NCBI RefSeq assembly: GCF_008000775.2
Contig: NZ_CP042905.2
Span: 2,640,001-2,672,000, forward strand
DNA length: 32,000 nt
Direction of reading: 5' to 3'
Source of the DNA: Promethearchaeum syntrophicum
Lineage (GTDB): Archaea; Asgardarchaeota; Lokiarchaeia; Sigyniarchaeales; Promethearchaeaceae
This document shows positions 22,850 to 32,000 of the stretch, piece by piece (the stretch's first letter is position 1; the number at the start of each line of letters is the position of its first letter). Position numbers and translations under genes: made by a program. The notes beneath the pieces were generated by a model, which did no database searches, was not told the DNA's origin, and saw only the letters and a program-made list of their open reading frames with translations.

Positions 22850-23775
22850 TTTTCAATCTTATCCCCCAGATTTAATAGTCCTATTATCAAGAAATTTGAA
22901 AATGATAAAAATATTAATACAAAATATCCTGAATTTCCAAGATATACTTCAGATAAAGTTGGATAAATAAGATAATTTCCAAACCCTTGGAAAGATAGAT
23001 AGATTTGAAAAATTAGAGAGGAAATCGTGAATATAATAATTATGTAATCGATGAAACTTATCTTTATTACTTGATAATATTCTCTTTTTCCCTTAATATC
23101 AAATGCCCTGGCTTCTAATGCTTCCGCGTTTTGAATTGACCTTTCCAAGGAATTAGTCAATAAGGGCAATATGAGTTTGACATTATTTTTAAATTTGCTT
23201 AGAAAATTTCCTTTTTCCAACTCTAAACCTTTACATTGTTGAATTTCTCGAATTTTTTCTAAATCTTTCAATATCAATGGGAAGAAATTGAGGGATAGAG
23301 TAATTATAAAAACAATGGAATGTGGAATTTTTAATTTAACTAAACCTTGAATGATTTCATCAGGATTAATGATGAGGTTAAACGTCCCAAAAATTAAAAA
23401 TATTAAAGTTAAACGAAATATAATAATTAAACTTGAAATTATAGTTTCAAAAGTAATTTTAAATCCACCTAATAAAGGAAAATCATTCGAAATTTGGAAT
23501 ATAATAGTAGTTCCTTCAGGATAGAGAATAATATTAATAAAAAATGTAAATAATGAAATAATTAACATGAACCTAAAATATATTAGAATTTCTTCCCAAC
23601 AATCGCTAAATAAAATTATAATTAGAATATTTAAGAAAAAAACTCCAAGATAAAACGGATGATTGAAGATGAAACTTTGCACGAATAAACTTAATAAAAT
23701 AGAAATTTTTACAACTCCATTGGAACGATAAATAAAATTTTCTTTTGGTTTATATGTAAGCTGCAAATTTTTCAT
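22846..23775 (-). CDS. ecfT: ECF transporter transmembrane (T) component
   Basis: 309 aa; multi-TM with the ALEARAFDIKGKREYY (ARG-type) motif typical of EcfT; 4-nt ATGA-type overlap with ecfA. Confidence 0.9.
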   Translation of the reverse strand: MKNLQLTYKPKENFIYRSNGVVKISILLSLFVQSFIFNHPFYLGVFFLNILIIILFSDCWEEILIYFRFMLIISLFTFFINIILYPEGTTIIFQISNDFPLLGGFKITFETIISSLIIIFRLTLIFLIFGTFNLIINPDEIIQGLVKLKIPHSIVFIITLSLNFFPLILKDLEKIREIQQCKGLELEKGNFLSKFKNNVKLILPLLTNSLERSIQNAEALEARAFDIKGKREYYQVIKISFIDYIIIIFTISSLIFQIYLSFQGFGNYLIYPTLSEVYLGNSGYFVLIFLSFSNFLIIGLLNLGDKIEK

Positions 23776-24032
23776 CCCATTAGATTAAATTAGCCAAATT
23801 TTAAGAGAAATATCGTTAATTAAAAATAAAATCTAAGTATTATTTTTCTATAGGATAGGTTTCCTATCTTAAATAATTGAATATAATATTTCAAACTATC
23901 TGAATGAGAGAAGAAAAATTTTATTTCACTTCACATCAACTACTTAATATTTCTGAACTTTTTCAATTGAACTTCTATTTATAAGCTAGAAATAATAAAT
24001 GTGTTTAAATTTCGTTGAAGTAATAAAAAATA

Positions 24033-24824
24033 TTATGACTTAGTCAAATAACTCTTAAAATCTTTTTCCCAGCTTAATTCTCCCAAATGTATTTCATCTT
24101 CAATAGCTCTTTTAATCATTTTGGGATCTCCAAGGTAATAATGCCTAATAGCCTTCATATTCTGATCAATCAGATATATTAAAGGAATACCCGTGGGCAT
24201 TTCATAACTTGGAATATCTTTATCTGAAATATTATCTAAATCTTTTACAATAGCCTTTAAAGAATTGTGGTGTGCCACGATCAATACATTTTTACCCGAT
24301 CTAATTTTAGGTATAATTATATTTTTCCAATAAGGAGTCACACGTGTAATAACATTTTTTAAAGATTCTGTTGAGGGTATCAAATCTTCAGATAAGTTAT
24401 GGTAACATTGTTTCATTCTAGGATGTCGTTCATCAAATTTATTTAATGGAGGAGGAATTTCATCATATTTTCGGCGCCAATCTTTCACTCTTTTCTCTCC
24501 ACATAGATAAGACATCTCGATTTTATTTAAACCCTGTAATGCTCCATAATGACGTTCATTTAAATGCCAAGTTCTCTCTACTGGAATCCAACATGAATTT
24601 AATTCATCTAAAACAAGCCAAAGCGTTCTTATTGCCCTTTTTAAAACCGAAGTAAATGCAATATCAAAAAGAAAACCTTCTTGAAGCAAAATTTTACCAG
24701 CAAGGATTGCTTCTTCTTTGCCTTTTTCAGTTAAATCAACATCTGACCAACCAGAGAAATTTTTTGCTTTATTCCAAAGAGATTCTCCATGTCGAATTAA
24801 AACTAATTTGTACATGTTCATCAA
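24033..24824 (-). CDS. gpmA: 2,3-bisphosphoglycerate-dependent phosphoglycerate mutase family protein (copy 1)
   Basis: 263 aa; LIRHGESLWNKAKNFSGWSDVDLTEKG, LNERHYGALQGLNK, VKDWRRKYDE; HGNS motif altered to HHNS (LIVAHHNSLKAIVKDLDN). Confidence 0.9.
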   Translation of the reverse strand: MMNMYKLVLIRHGESLWNKAKNFSGWSDVDLTEKGKEEAILAGKILLQEGFLFDIAFTSVLKRAIRTLWLVLDELNSCWIPVERTWHLNERHYGALQGLNKIEMSYLCGEKRVKDWRRKYDEIPPPLNKFDERHPRMKQCYHNLSEDLIPSTESLKNVITRVTPYWKNIIIPKIRSGKNVLIVAHHNSLKAIVKDLDNISDKDIPSYEMPTGIPLIYLIDQNMKAIRHYYLGDPKMIKRAIEDEIHLGELSWEKDFKSYLTKS

Positions 24825-24850
24825 AGATGTAGGCTTTTAGTTATTTTCTT

Positions 24851-24877
24851 AAAAAATATTCCCATTTCTATGGGAAT
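24851..24877 (-). terminator. Possible intrinsic-type terminator or 5'UTR hairpin between gpm copies 1 and 2
   Basis: Minus strand ATTCCCAT-AGAA-ATGGGAAT then ATTTTTT: perfect 8-bp inverted repeat followed by a T-run (arms 24858-24865 and 24870-24877). Confidence 0.5.
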
Positions 24878-24983
24878 TTGCCATCTATTATGATGGTGAC
24901 CAAGAATAACCAAATAATTCTTTTAAATATAATTAATACAATTTAAGAAAAAAAAATGAATTCCAAATTTGTACATTAGAAAT

Positions 24984-25739
24984 TTAATTTTCTTTAGTAA
25001 ACTTATGTGCATCAACCATTAATTGAATTGCATTCTGGATCTCACTAGGATCACCTAAATAATAAGATCTTATGGTTTTTAATTCATTATTTAATTCATA
25101 GACGCACGGAATCCCTGAAGGAATGTTAATTTGGCTGAGTTTTTCGGGAGAAATGTCATTTAAATCCTTAATTAATGCCCTTAGGCTATTTCCATGGGCA
25201 ATTATCAACACTTTCTCACCTTTAATTATTTCCGGTACAATTTCTTTTAACCAATATGATTTTACTCGTTTTTCAACATCCTTTAATGATTCAATCGAAG
25301 GAATTTCTTCTTTTTTTAAAGTTTGATATTTGCGATGATTAATTGGATGTCTTGGATCAGATTCTGGTATTGGTTGAGCCGGGTTATCCCATCCACGTCG
25401 CCATAAAAAAACTTGTTCTTCACCATATTTTTTTGCCATTTCAACCTTATTTTTACCTTGTAAATCTCCATCAAATCGTTCATTTAATTTCCACGAACGT
25501 TTAATGGGAACCCACATTGCATCCATTTCATCTAAAATTATCCAGGCAGTTTTAATACAACGTTTTAAAACAGAAGTAAAAATAATATCAAAAGTATAAC
25601 CCCTTTTTAAGAAAATTTTAGCAGCATTTTTTGATTCTTTTATTCCTTGCTCTGTTAGATCCACATCGGTCCAACCCGTAAATAAATTCAGGGCATTCCA
25701 TTCACTTTCGCCATGTCTTAGTAATACTATTTTATACAT
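24984..25739 (-). CDS. gpmA: 2,3-bisphosphoglycerate-dependent phosphoglycerate mutase family protein (copy 2, divergent)
   Basis: 251 aa; [46 protein letters not shown] retained, but the LNERHYG motif is LNERFDG. Confidence 0.88.
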   Translation of the reverse strand: MYKIVLLRHGESEWNALNLFTGWTDVDLTEQGIKESKNAAKIFLKRGYTFDIIFTSVLKRCIKTAWIILDEMDAMWVPIKRSWKLNERFDGDLQGKNKVEMAKKYGEEQVFLWRRGWDNPAQPIPESDPRHPINHRKYQTLKKEEIPSIESLKDVEKRVKSYWLKEIVPEIIKGEKVLIIAHGNSLRALIKDLNDISPEKLSQINIPSGIPCVYELNNELKTIRSYYLGDPSEIQNAIQLMVDAHKFTKEN

Positions 25740-25802
25740 TATTTTCTCCAGATCTTTCGGGAATAAGTGAATTTTTGATATTTTAAAAAATGGATTTTAA
25801 GA

Positions 25803-26549
25803 TTAATTTGATTTTCCTTGGTTAGCTACTGCTTTTTCAGCTTTTTTAATAGCATCAGGATCCCCTAGATAATAATGCTTAATCGGTTTTAATTCTTCAT
25901 CCAATTCATAGACTAATGGGAAACCTGTTGGTATATTAAGATGGGGTATTTTTTCATCAGAAATATTATCGATGTGTTTTACAATTGCTCTTAAACTGTT
26001 ACCATGGGCCACAATAAAAACATTCTTACCAGATTTAATAACAGGGACAATTTCATTATTCCAATAAGGCAAAACACGTTCAATAGTAGTTTTTAGGCAT
26101 TCCGATTGTGGAATTTCTTCTTCTTTTAACAAGGAATATTTCCGATCTTTTGTTGACGATCGTTCATCAGATCTTTCCAAAGCAGGAGGAGGAATATCAA
26201 AACTTCTGCGCCAGATAAAAACTTGGTCTTCTCCAAATTCTCTAGCTGTTTTAGATTTGTATAATCCTTGGAGTCCACCATAGTGCCGTTCATTTAATTT
26301 CCACGATCTAAAAACGGGGATCCACATTAAATCCATTTCATCTAAAACAATCCATAAAGTACGAATTGCTCTTTTAAGAACAGAAGTGAAAGCAATATCG
26401 AATTTAAATCCTTGCTCTTTTAAAATTTGTCCTGAATTTAAAGATTCTTCAATACCCTGTTGAGATAAATCAACATCAGTCCAACCCGTAAATCGATTTT
26501 CCTCATTCCATGTGCTATGACCATGACGTAAAAATACAATTTTATACAT
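25803..26549 (-). CDS. gpmA: 2,3-bisphosphoglycerate-dependent phosphoglycerate mutase family protein (copy 3)
   Basis: 248 aa; [66 protein letters not shown]-term [10 protein letters not shown] as in bacterial GpmA. Confidence 0.92.
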   Translation of the reverse strand: MYKIVFLRHGHSTWNEENRFTGWTDVDLSQQGIEESLNSGQILKEQGFKFDIAFTSVLKRAIRTLWIVLDEMDLMWIPVFRSWKLNERHYGGLQGLYKSKTAREFGEDQVFIWRRSFDIPPPALERSDERSSTKDRKYSLLKEEEIPQSECLKTTIERVLPYWNNEIVPVIKSGKNVFIVAHGNSLRAIVKHIDNISDEKIPHLNIPTGFPLVYELDEELKPIKHYYLGDPDAIKKAEKAVANQGKSN

Positions 26550-26621
26550 AAAAAATCTCTCATAGAAAATTAATTATTTAATAGATTAATTAAAATTAGA
26601 AGGTATAAAATAAAAAAAAAA

Positions 26622-27218
26622 CTATTTTAGACTTACGACACTTGTATGAGAAAATTTCTGGCTAAATCTGACTTGATTCTTCTCCATTTGAGAAACCGCT
26701 TTGTCTCGTGAAATTAATCCGATTATAATATCTAACGGCAAGAACAATTTTCCTAGTGTATGTAATGCTGCTTGCCGGGGTGTAATTTTTCCCAAGGTTT
26801 TTTCATCTACTGTTTGAATTTTTAAAATCATCTTTCCAATAGTCTGACCATGATTTAAATTCTCTAATAAAAACAGATATAGAAACGAAACGCCAATAAC
26901 TGGCCAACTACTATTCCACATACTCGAAACTAAATCGAAATTCCATGATATTCCAAAAATTAATCCAAATAAACTTCCTATGACTGAAAATAGGATTCCA
27001 TCAATAATATAAGCTACAAATCGATCGCCATCATCAGCATATTTTAAAGGTTTGGATCCAATGCTGTGCAAATCACTATTATCTAGGTTGACTTTAGATT
27101 CTGGATTTTTATCATCTACATGTTTAAATGAAAATAATTCTAAACCGCAAGACTCACAAAATTCAGAGTTTAGGTTGTTTTTATTTCCACATTGAGGGCA
27201 AAAATGTTGAACACTCAT
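26622..27218 (-). CDS. Zinc-ribbon plus RDD-family membrane protein
   Basis: Likely start at ATG 27218 (MSVQHFCPQCGNKNNLNSEFCESCGLELF) rather than 27359; RDD-like GDRFVAYIIDGILFSVIGSLFG and LLENLNHGQTIGKMILKIQTVDE. Confidence 0.85.
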   Translation of the reverse strand: MSVQHFCPQCGNKNNLNSEFCESCGLELFSFKHVDDKNPESKVNLDNSDLHSIGSKPLKYADDGDRFVAYIIDGILFSVIGSLFGLIFGISWNFDLVSSMWNSSWPVIGVSFLYLFLLENLNHGQTIGKMILKIQTVDEKTLGKITPRQAALHTLGKLFLPLDIIIGLISRDKAVSQMEKNQVRFSQKFSHTSVVSLK

Positions 27219-27303
27219 AATTAGATAATATTGATCAGAAATAAGAATAATATCAAGTCCAATTATTATCAAATTTTTGTTTTGGTCTTTTGATAAATTT
27301 CTG

Positions 27304-28659
27304 CTAATTTTTTTCTTTGGATACATTTCCAAATAACAGAACAATAGGAAGAGTTCCAAAGATATAAATCCCTGCAGTAACTAGAAAATTAAGACGAAAA
27401 TTATGAGTCGGACCGATAAGAATTCCTCCGACAACAGCAGACACATTCCAAAACAAACCCCATGCTAAAGCCTCTAAAGAGTTCCATTTTCCCCGTTTAT
27501 TTTTGGGGACGAAATCCATCAAAATTGAACGGCTTAATGGTTGTGCAGCATTCATTAATGACCCACGTGTTATGAATATAATTATTAGAACCCACATAGG
27601 TGGATATGTAGCTATTATAATTAAACAAATAGTAGCTATTGCTTGTACAAGAAAAATCATCTGAGGGCGTCCCTTTGCTTTTGAAAAATGTTGTGCAATT
27701 AAACCGGAGAAACCCGTAGCAATTGATGTCAATCCAGAGATTATCTGTACCATAATAGGTGACATTGTATAGATTTCCATGAAAAAAATTGTGAAAAATT
27801 TAACTGTCATACCTGCACCTAATCCAATTATAACATTGCATCCAACAAGAATGTACGGAATGTATTTAACTGGAATGAATTTTAATTTTGTTTTTAATTC
27901 TGTTTTTGATTCTAAATTCGATTTAGGATTAGATTTTGTATTTTCTTCTGACGATGAATTATTAGATTTATTATTTAGGTTCAATATGACATCTACATCA
28001 TTATTAAATTCAATTGAATCACTACTTGAACCAAGAGACTTTTTATCATTAAAGAAAAACATCATGATCAAAGATCCGAATGAAAAAATGAGGCCAAATC
28101 CCATTACAAACTTCAATATATCTAGGTCCCATTCGTCCCCTAAAAGTAAGAATAGAAATATATTTAGAATAGGTCCCAAAGCCATTCCAATTTGACTAAT
28201 TAACTGTCGCCAGGAATAAATTAAAGACCTCGTTCCTGATTGAACTGAATCAGCAAAAATTGCTTCTAATGAAGGCCGAGTAATTCCTTGATATAACCCC
28301 CAAATTATCAAAGCGACAAAAATCAAAATAATTGTATCTGCAAAAAAAAGTATTCCAATACTAAAAATACCACAAATAGCTGCTATTCGTAACATCCAAT
28401 CTCTTCGTATTTTATCCGCAAAATAACCAGAAGGAAAAACAACAATTGTCATTGTTATCCCGGTTGCACCCGAAGCATATCCTAGCATTTCAGGGGATGA
28501 TTCTGATAACAGATATATGATTGTACTTAATACATTTCCCATCCAAATACTTCTTCCTATTGATTGGGTAAATGTGAATATTAATAATAGTTTAACGTTA
28601 TGATTTAAAGATTTGAAGGAGTTAACCTTTGATTTGACTGATTGTTGTATGGAAGCCAT
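27304..28659 (-). CDS. Major facilitator superfamily transporter
   Basis: Likely start ATG 28659 (MASIQQSVKSK...); about 12 hydrophobic helices; MFS loop FPSGYFADKIRRDWMLRIAAICG; the longer ORF extension lies opposite the HIT gene and looks non-coding. Confidence 0.88.
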   Translation of the reverse strand: MASIQQSVKSKVNSFKSLNHNVKLLLIFTFTQSIGRSIWMGNVLSTIIYLLSESSPEMLGYASGATGITMTIVVFPSGYFADKIRRDWMLRIAAICGIFSIGILFFADTIILIFVALIIWGLYQGITRPSLEAIFADSVQSGTRSLIYSWRQLISQIGMALGPILNIFLFLLLGDEWDLDILKFVMGFGLIFSFGSLIMMFFFNDKKSLGSSSDSIEFNNDVDVILNLNNKSNNSSSEENTKSNPKSNLESKTELKTKLKFIPVKYIPYILVGCNVIIGLGAGMTVKFFTIFFMEIYTMSPIMVQIISGLTSIATGFSGLIAQHFSKAKGRPQMIFLVQAIATICLIIIATYPPMWVLIIIFITRGSLMNAAQPLSRSILMDFVPKNKRGKWNSLEALAWGLFWNVSAVVGGILIGPTHNFRLNFLVTAGIYIFGTLPIVLLFGNVSKEKN

Positions 28660-28757
28660 TTGTTCTGCAGTTGTGTATTTAAAACCTTCAAATTCTATAA
28701 GTTTTATGAATAATTTAATAAAATTGATATGAATATTTTTCTCTATCAATATTAGAT

Positions 28758-29255
28758 ATGGAGTTTTATAATCAAGAATCAAATTGTGTATTTTGCACAT
28801 CTTATGCTCTTTATAAAGCACAACAAAAAATTTTATACGAAAATGAAGGAGCATATGCATTTTTAAGCTATAAACCTTCAAATTTTGGACATTCAATGAT
28901 TGTTGTGAAGCCTCACATTATTTCCCTTAGAGAATTACAGTCACCGGCAGTAAATCTATTCTTCAATGCAATTGAAAATACATATTATGCATTGAAAAAA
29001 ATAATCACAGAAAGTCCCCAAAAAATTATGAATTTTTATCAAAATTTATTAATCGATCCCCCGGAACAAGAATCAGTAGAATGTGCACAACTCCAAATAA
29101 AAAAAGGAGTACCGCTAACTTCACCAAAAGGGTTCAATTGGGGAATGAATTATGGATATAAGGCAGGTCAACGAGTAGCTCATCTACACATTCATCTGTT
29201 CCCCCGTTATAATGGGTTAGGAATAGCTACAGCTATGCGAAAACATCTAAACTAA
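28758..29255 (+). CDS. HIT family (histidine triad) nucleotide hydrolase/transferase
   Basis: 165 aa; CVFCTSYALYKAQQKILYENEGAYAFLSYKPSNFGHSMIVVKPH ... GQRVAHLHIHLFPRYNG (HxHxH triad). Confidence 0.92.
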   Translation: MEFYNQESNCVFCTSYALYKAQQKILYENEGAYAFLSYKPSNFGHSMIVVKPHIISLRELQSPAVNLFFNAIENTYYALKKIITESPQKIMNFYQNLLIDPPEQESVECAQLQIKKGVPLTSPKGFNWGMNYGYKAGQRVAHLHIHLFPRYNGLGIATAMRKHLN

Positions 29256-29340
29256 AGAAAAAATGAAAAAATGTATGAAATTTCAATTTGAGATTTGGAT
29301 TATTATTCAGTGTTTAGTCGGGTAAAAATATTTTTTAATA

Positions 29341-30558
29341 TCAAAATGGTTCAATCATAAAGGGATCTTTGCGAGGGAACCAATCTTGAAGCAATTTTAG
29401 CTCTTCAGGGTTCACTCCGGTGATCCATTTAAAATATTGAATTTCTTCTATTGGCAAAGTTCCATAAATTAACGCTGACAATCCCTTAATAGTTATTTGG
29501 ATCTTGCAAGTAGATGGTGTTGAATCCACTGCTAATATTTTGAGTTTTCCCTCTATTTCTTTAAGAGAATACACCTTTTCATTCCATTTACAATCAGGAT
29601 CCTGTACCTGAATTTGAATTTCCCCGCTTCTAGATAGCGGAAGATCTTGTAAACATCTCTCAACATTTAATATCCTAAACATAGTTACCATTTCAAAATT
29701 CATTTTTACTTTAGTAAATCCATTTATCCATGAATAATAATGCGAATGATTTGGATTGATTTGCATTTGCACTCGAATAATTTGATCACTATTGAGGTAG
29801 AGATAATTAAATAAGCAAGATCGTGCTTCAGCTGAAGACCAGTACATATCTGAAATGTGAATTGTTCCTATGTTATCTTCCCCAAATAGACGATCCCCAA
29901 ATCCTTCATTTTTACAAATCATGAGCGCTTCAGGAATATTTTTTGGATTATATGCAACAATTAAATATCCCCTACTATTAGAATAAGCAGCCTGCCACCT
30001 ACCTTGATTTCGTATAACCCCTCCATGAATAGACAAAATAGCGTTATCTACAAAATCTCTATAAATTTCTTTCCCTTGTTCAGGTTTAATTCGCTCAATT
30101 CGATACCCATCTGGTAAATTTTTCCATTTTTTTAGCATTTTCGGGTTAAATTCCAAAGATGGAATTGGATTGGCTTTAATATAATTAAATTTCGCGTAAA
30201 ATTCATCTTTAAACGGATACAATGTAGAACAAACTATTCCTTTCTCATACATTTCTTGAAAAATTTCACGTATTAGTTGACGAATATGCCCTTTTCTTCG
30301 TTTTTCAGGAGCACTAGTAAAGTTAGCAAATCCAACCATCGGTTTTAATACTCCACGAATATTTTGCTTAAATTCTATTGCTCGAACATTTCCGATGTGA
30401 ACTTCATCTTCTAAAATTGAATAATATTCGTCTTTAAATTTTTCGAATTTTTCTTTAAATCGCTCAAGTGAACTCGTTGGATAATCATAACAAATTTGAA
30501 GTAAATCGCAAATTTTATCCTTTTCATCCAAATCAGACTTTTTTATTACAATACTCAT
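29341..30558 (-). CDS. Eis-like GNAT N-acetyltransferase with SCP2-like C-terminal domain
   Basis: 405 aa; acetyl-CoA-binding segment FTSAPEKRRKGHIRQLIREIFQEM, CSTLYPFKDEFYAKFNY (typical of Eis family), C-terminal ITIKGLSALIYGTLPIEEIQ (SCP2-like). Confidence 0.82.
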   Translation of the reverse strand: MSIVIKKSDLDEKDKICDLLQICYDYPTSSLERFKEKFEKFKDEYYSILEDEVHIGNVRAIEFKQNIRGVLKPMVGFANFTSAPEKRRKGHIRQLIREIFQEMYEKGIVCSTLYPFKDEFYAKFNYIKANPIPSLEFNPKMLKKWKNLPDGYRIERIKPEQGKEIYRDFVDNAILSIHGGVIRNQGRWQAAYSNSRGYLIVAYNPKNIPEALMICKNEGFGDRLFGEDNIGTIHISDMYWSSAEARSCLFNYLYLNSDQIIRVQMQINPNHSHYYSWINGFTKVKMNFEMVTMFRILNVERCLQDLPLSRSGEIQIQVQDPDCKWNEKVYSLKEIEGKLKILAVDSTPSTCKIQITIKGLSALIYGTLPIEEIQYFKWITGVNPEELKLLQDWFPRKDPFMIEPF

Positions 30559-30670
30559 ATTTTCTTCACGTTCAATGAATAGTAAATAATTTAAAATAGT
30601 TTCTTATAAGATTTTCTGAACTAGAAATTTTAAAAAAAAAAGGTATTGGATGAGAATTTTAGTATAATTG

Positions 30671-31705
30671 TTATTGGAGACCAATATTTATATCTACTGA
30701 TCCAACATTTGCATTTGCATTTATTTGCATGAGTTCCGCTAAAGAACTCGCAAATTCAGGAGATTCGTAATAACCAGTAACAAAATCCCAGTCATAGCGA
30801 TTAAAATCTTCATCTCCAATATCAGCTTCTAAGGCAACTTGGTATTTCATCAATAAATCGGTAGCGACTATATCAATATCAATTTCGCCCACATCATTCT
30901 CAACATTTATTATAACATCTGCACCTAACGAGATAGTTTGGGTCCATGCAAGATTAATTTCACCAGCATTTGAAGAGATATCCATAACAGTATTATTAAC
31001 AAGTTGAATATCAGCAAAATCTAAATTGACTGCACCAGCATTATTGGATGCTGAGAAAGCTCCATCAATCATCACATTATTTAAATTAATATTCATTTCT
31101 CCTGCATTGGATGTTAAAATGAAATCACTTTCAATATCGATCGAATCTAAATTAATATCTATTTGTCCTGCATTTGCATTGACTGAAAATTCATTAAAGG
31201 TAATATTATTTGCCTCAATTTCTATAGATCCTGCTTGTAAATCTACATTTAATCCATAAACTATATAATCTGGATTTAAATAAACTGTAAAATTCCAATT
31301 ATCAATATTGATAATTTCATTACTTGGATAATTAACATAAACTAATATTGAAAGAGTGTCGTTAACTGTTGTGTTAGATACACTAATTTCAATATCTTCT
31401 TCAATATCTTCCCGAATATTATAATTTACATCCCAATCGGCATCCAATAATTTTTGTGATCCTTGTGGTAGTAACCTAATATCATACTCTCCAACATCTG
31501 CTTGTACGTCTAGAGCAATTTCTGAGATATTAACATGGTTTGAGACCATTAAGTCATAACTCCCTTCTTGATTTTTGGGAGTGAGATTTCCTGCTGGCAA
31601 TGGACCGTAAAAGACAAAGTACCAAAATACAATGATACCAATGATACCAATTATTTTGATTATCGTTGGTATTCCGTTGCTTGATTTTTTATTATTTTCA
31701 CTCAT
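30671..31705 (-). CDS. N-terminally anchored extracellular repetitive beta protein (DUF4097/'toastrack' adhesin-like)
   Basis: 344 aa; N-terminal TM IPTIIKIIGIIGIIVFWYFVFYGP then repeating blocks AGSIEIEAN, NAGQIDINLDS, NAGEMNINLNN, NAGAVNLDFAD, NAGEINLAW, DVGEIDIDI, NVGSVDINI. Confidence 0.65.
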   Translation of the reverse strand: MSENNKKSSNGIPTIIKIIGIIGIIVFWYFVFYGPLPAGNLTPKNQEGSYDLMVSNHVNISEIALDVQADVGEYDIRLLPQGSQKLLDADWDVNYNIREDIEEDIEISVSNTTVNDTLSILVYVNYPSNEIINIDNWNFTVYLNPDYIVYGLNVDLQAGSIEIEANNITFNEFSVNANAGQIDINLDSIDIESDFILTSNAGEMNINLNNVMIDGAFSASNNAGAVNLDFADIQLVNNTVMDISSNAGEINLAWTQTISLGADVIINVENDVGEIDIDIVATDLLMKYQVALEADIGDEDFNRYDWDFVTGYYESPEFASSLAELMQINANANVGSVDINIGLQ

Positions 31706-32000
31706 TATGTTTCACTATTTTAGTGCTAATATTATGAAACGAAGGATAGTATCTAAAAATAGTTTAGACCGATTTTTAGCAATTTCTTCTAAAACAATAA
31801 AATTCAGTGATTCATTAAAATGAAAAAAAAAATGTAATTTGGAATCTTGAATCATAAAAGAATAGATTTAAATTAAAGAAAGATAGAAAAAGAAAAATTA
31901 ATAAAAAAAAAGACCGTTAAGAGAAACAGAGGTTTTCTACACCACTGGTGCAAAAATGTAAATCTCTCCATTTAATCTTCACTATTGTTATTTTAATCAC

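Noticed and set aside
27219-27359. N-terminal extension of the RDD ORF (MELFLLFCYLEMYPKKK...)
   Set aside because: It overlaps the 3' end of the MFS gene; the zinc-ribbon-containing protein logically begins MSVQHFCPQCG at 27218.
27779-28195. + strand 138-aa ORF
   Set aside because: Antisense to the MFS transporter, no recognisable domain.
28660-28896. N-terminal extension of the MFS ORF
   Set aside because: The extension is antisense to the HIT gene start and lacks MFS-like hydrophobic pattern; ATG at 28659 fits better.
31915-31970. Near-palindrome CACCA-C-TGGTG near the right edge, considered as tRNA or small RNA remnant
   Set aside because: No cloverleaf, T-loop GGTTC motif or C/D box set could be found; the context is cut by the window end.

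Overview
AT-rich, gene-dense archaeal chromosomal window, most likely Asgard/Lokiarchaeota-like. That lineage call is inferred from gene content and style (longin-like protein, proline-rich cytoskeletal-type protein, large PKD/FG-GAP surface proteins); no rRNA was seen to prove it. About 21 CDSs are supportable. They are: a partial PLP aminotransferase, a VOC protein, a 7xPKD surface protein, a 1.6 kaa membrane-anchored DUF2341-like/FG-GAP surface protein directly coupled to a longin-like/winged-helix-like cytosolic protein, an NDP-forming acyl-CoA synthetase-like protein, a GH13 amylase, an Eco57I/type IIG-like adenine methyltransferase, a 7-TM protein, a proline-rich repeat protein with coiled-coil ends, a GIFT/IFT52-like domain protein, PurA, an ECF transporter (fused double ATPase), three tandem divergent dPGM-family genes, a zinc-ribbon RDD protein, an MFS transporter, a HIT hydrolase, an Eis-like GNAT, and a membrane-anchored repetitive beta-solenoid protein. 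No rRNA, tRNA, CRISPR array or transposase was recognised. The observations most worth follow-up are the coupled FG-GAP surface protein plus longin-like gene (candidate trans-envelope adhesion/signalling module), the Pro-rich putative profilin-ligand-like protein with an operator-like triple repeat upstream, the triple dPGM array in which each copy departs differently from conserved residues, and the GIFT-like protein. None has been verified by database or structure search.
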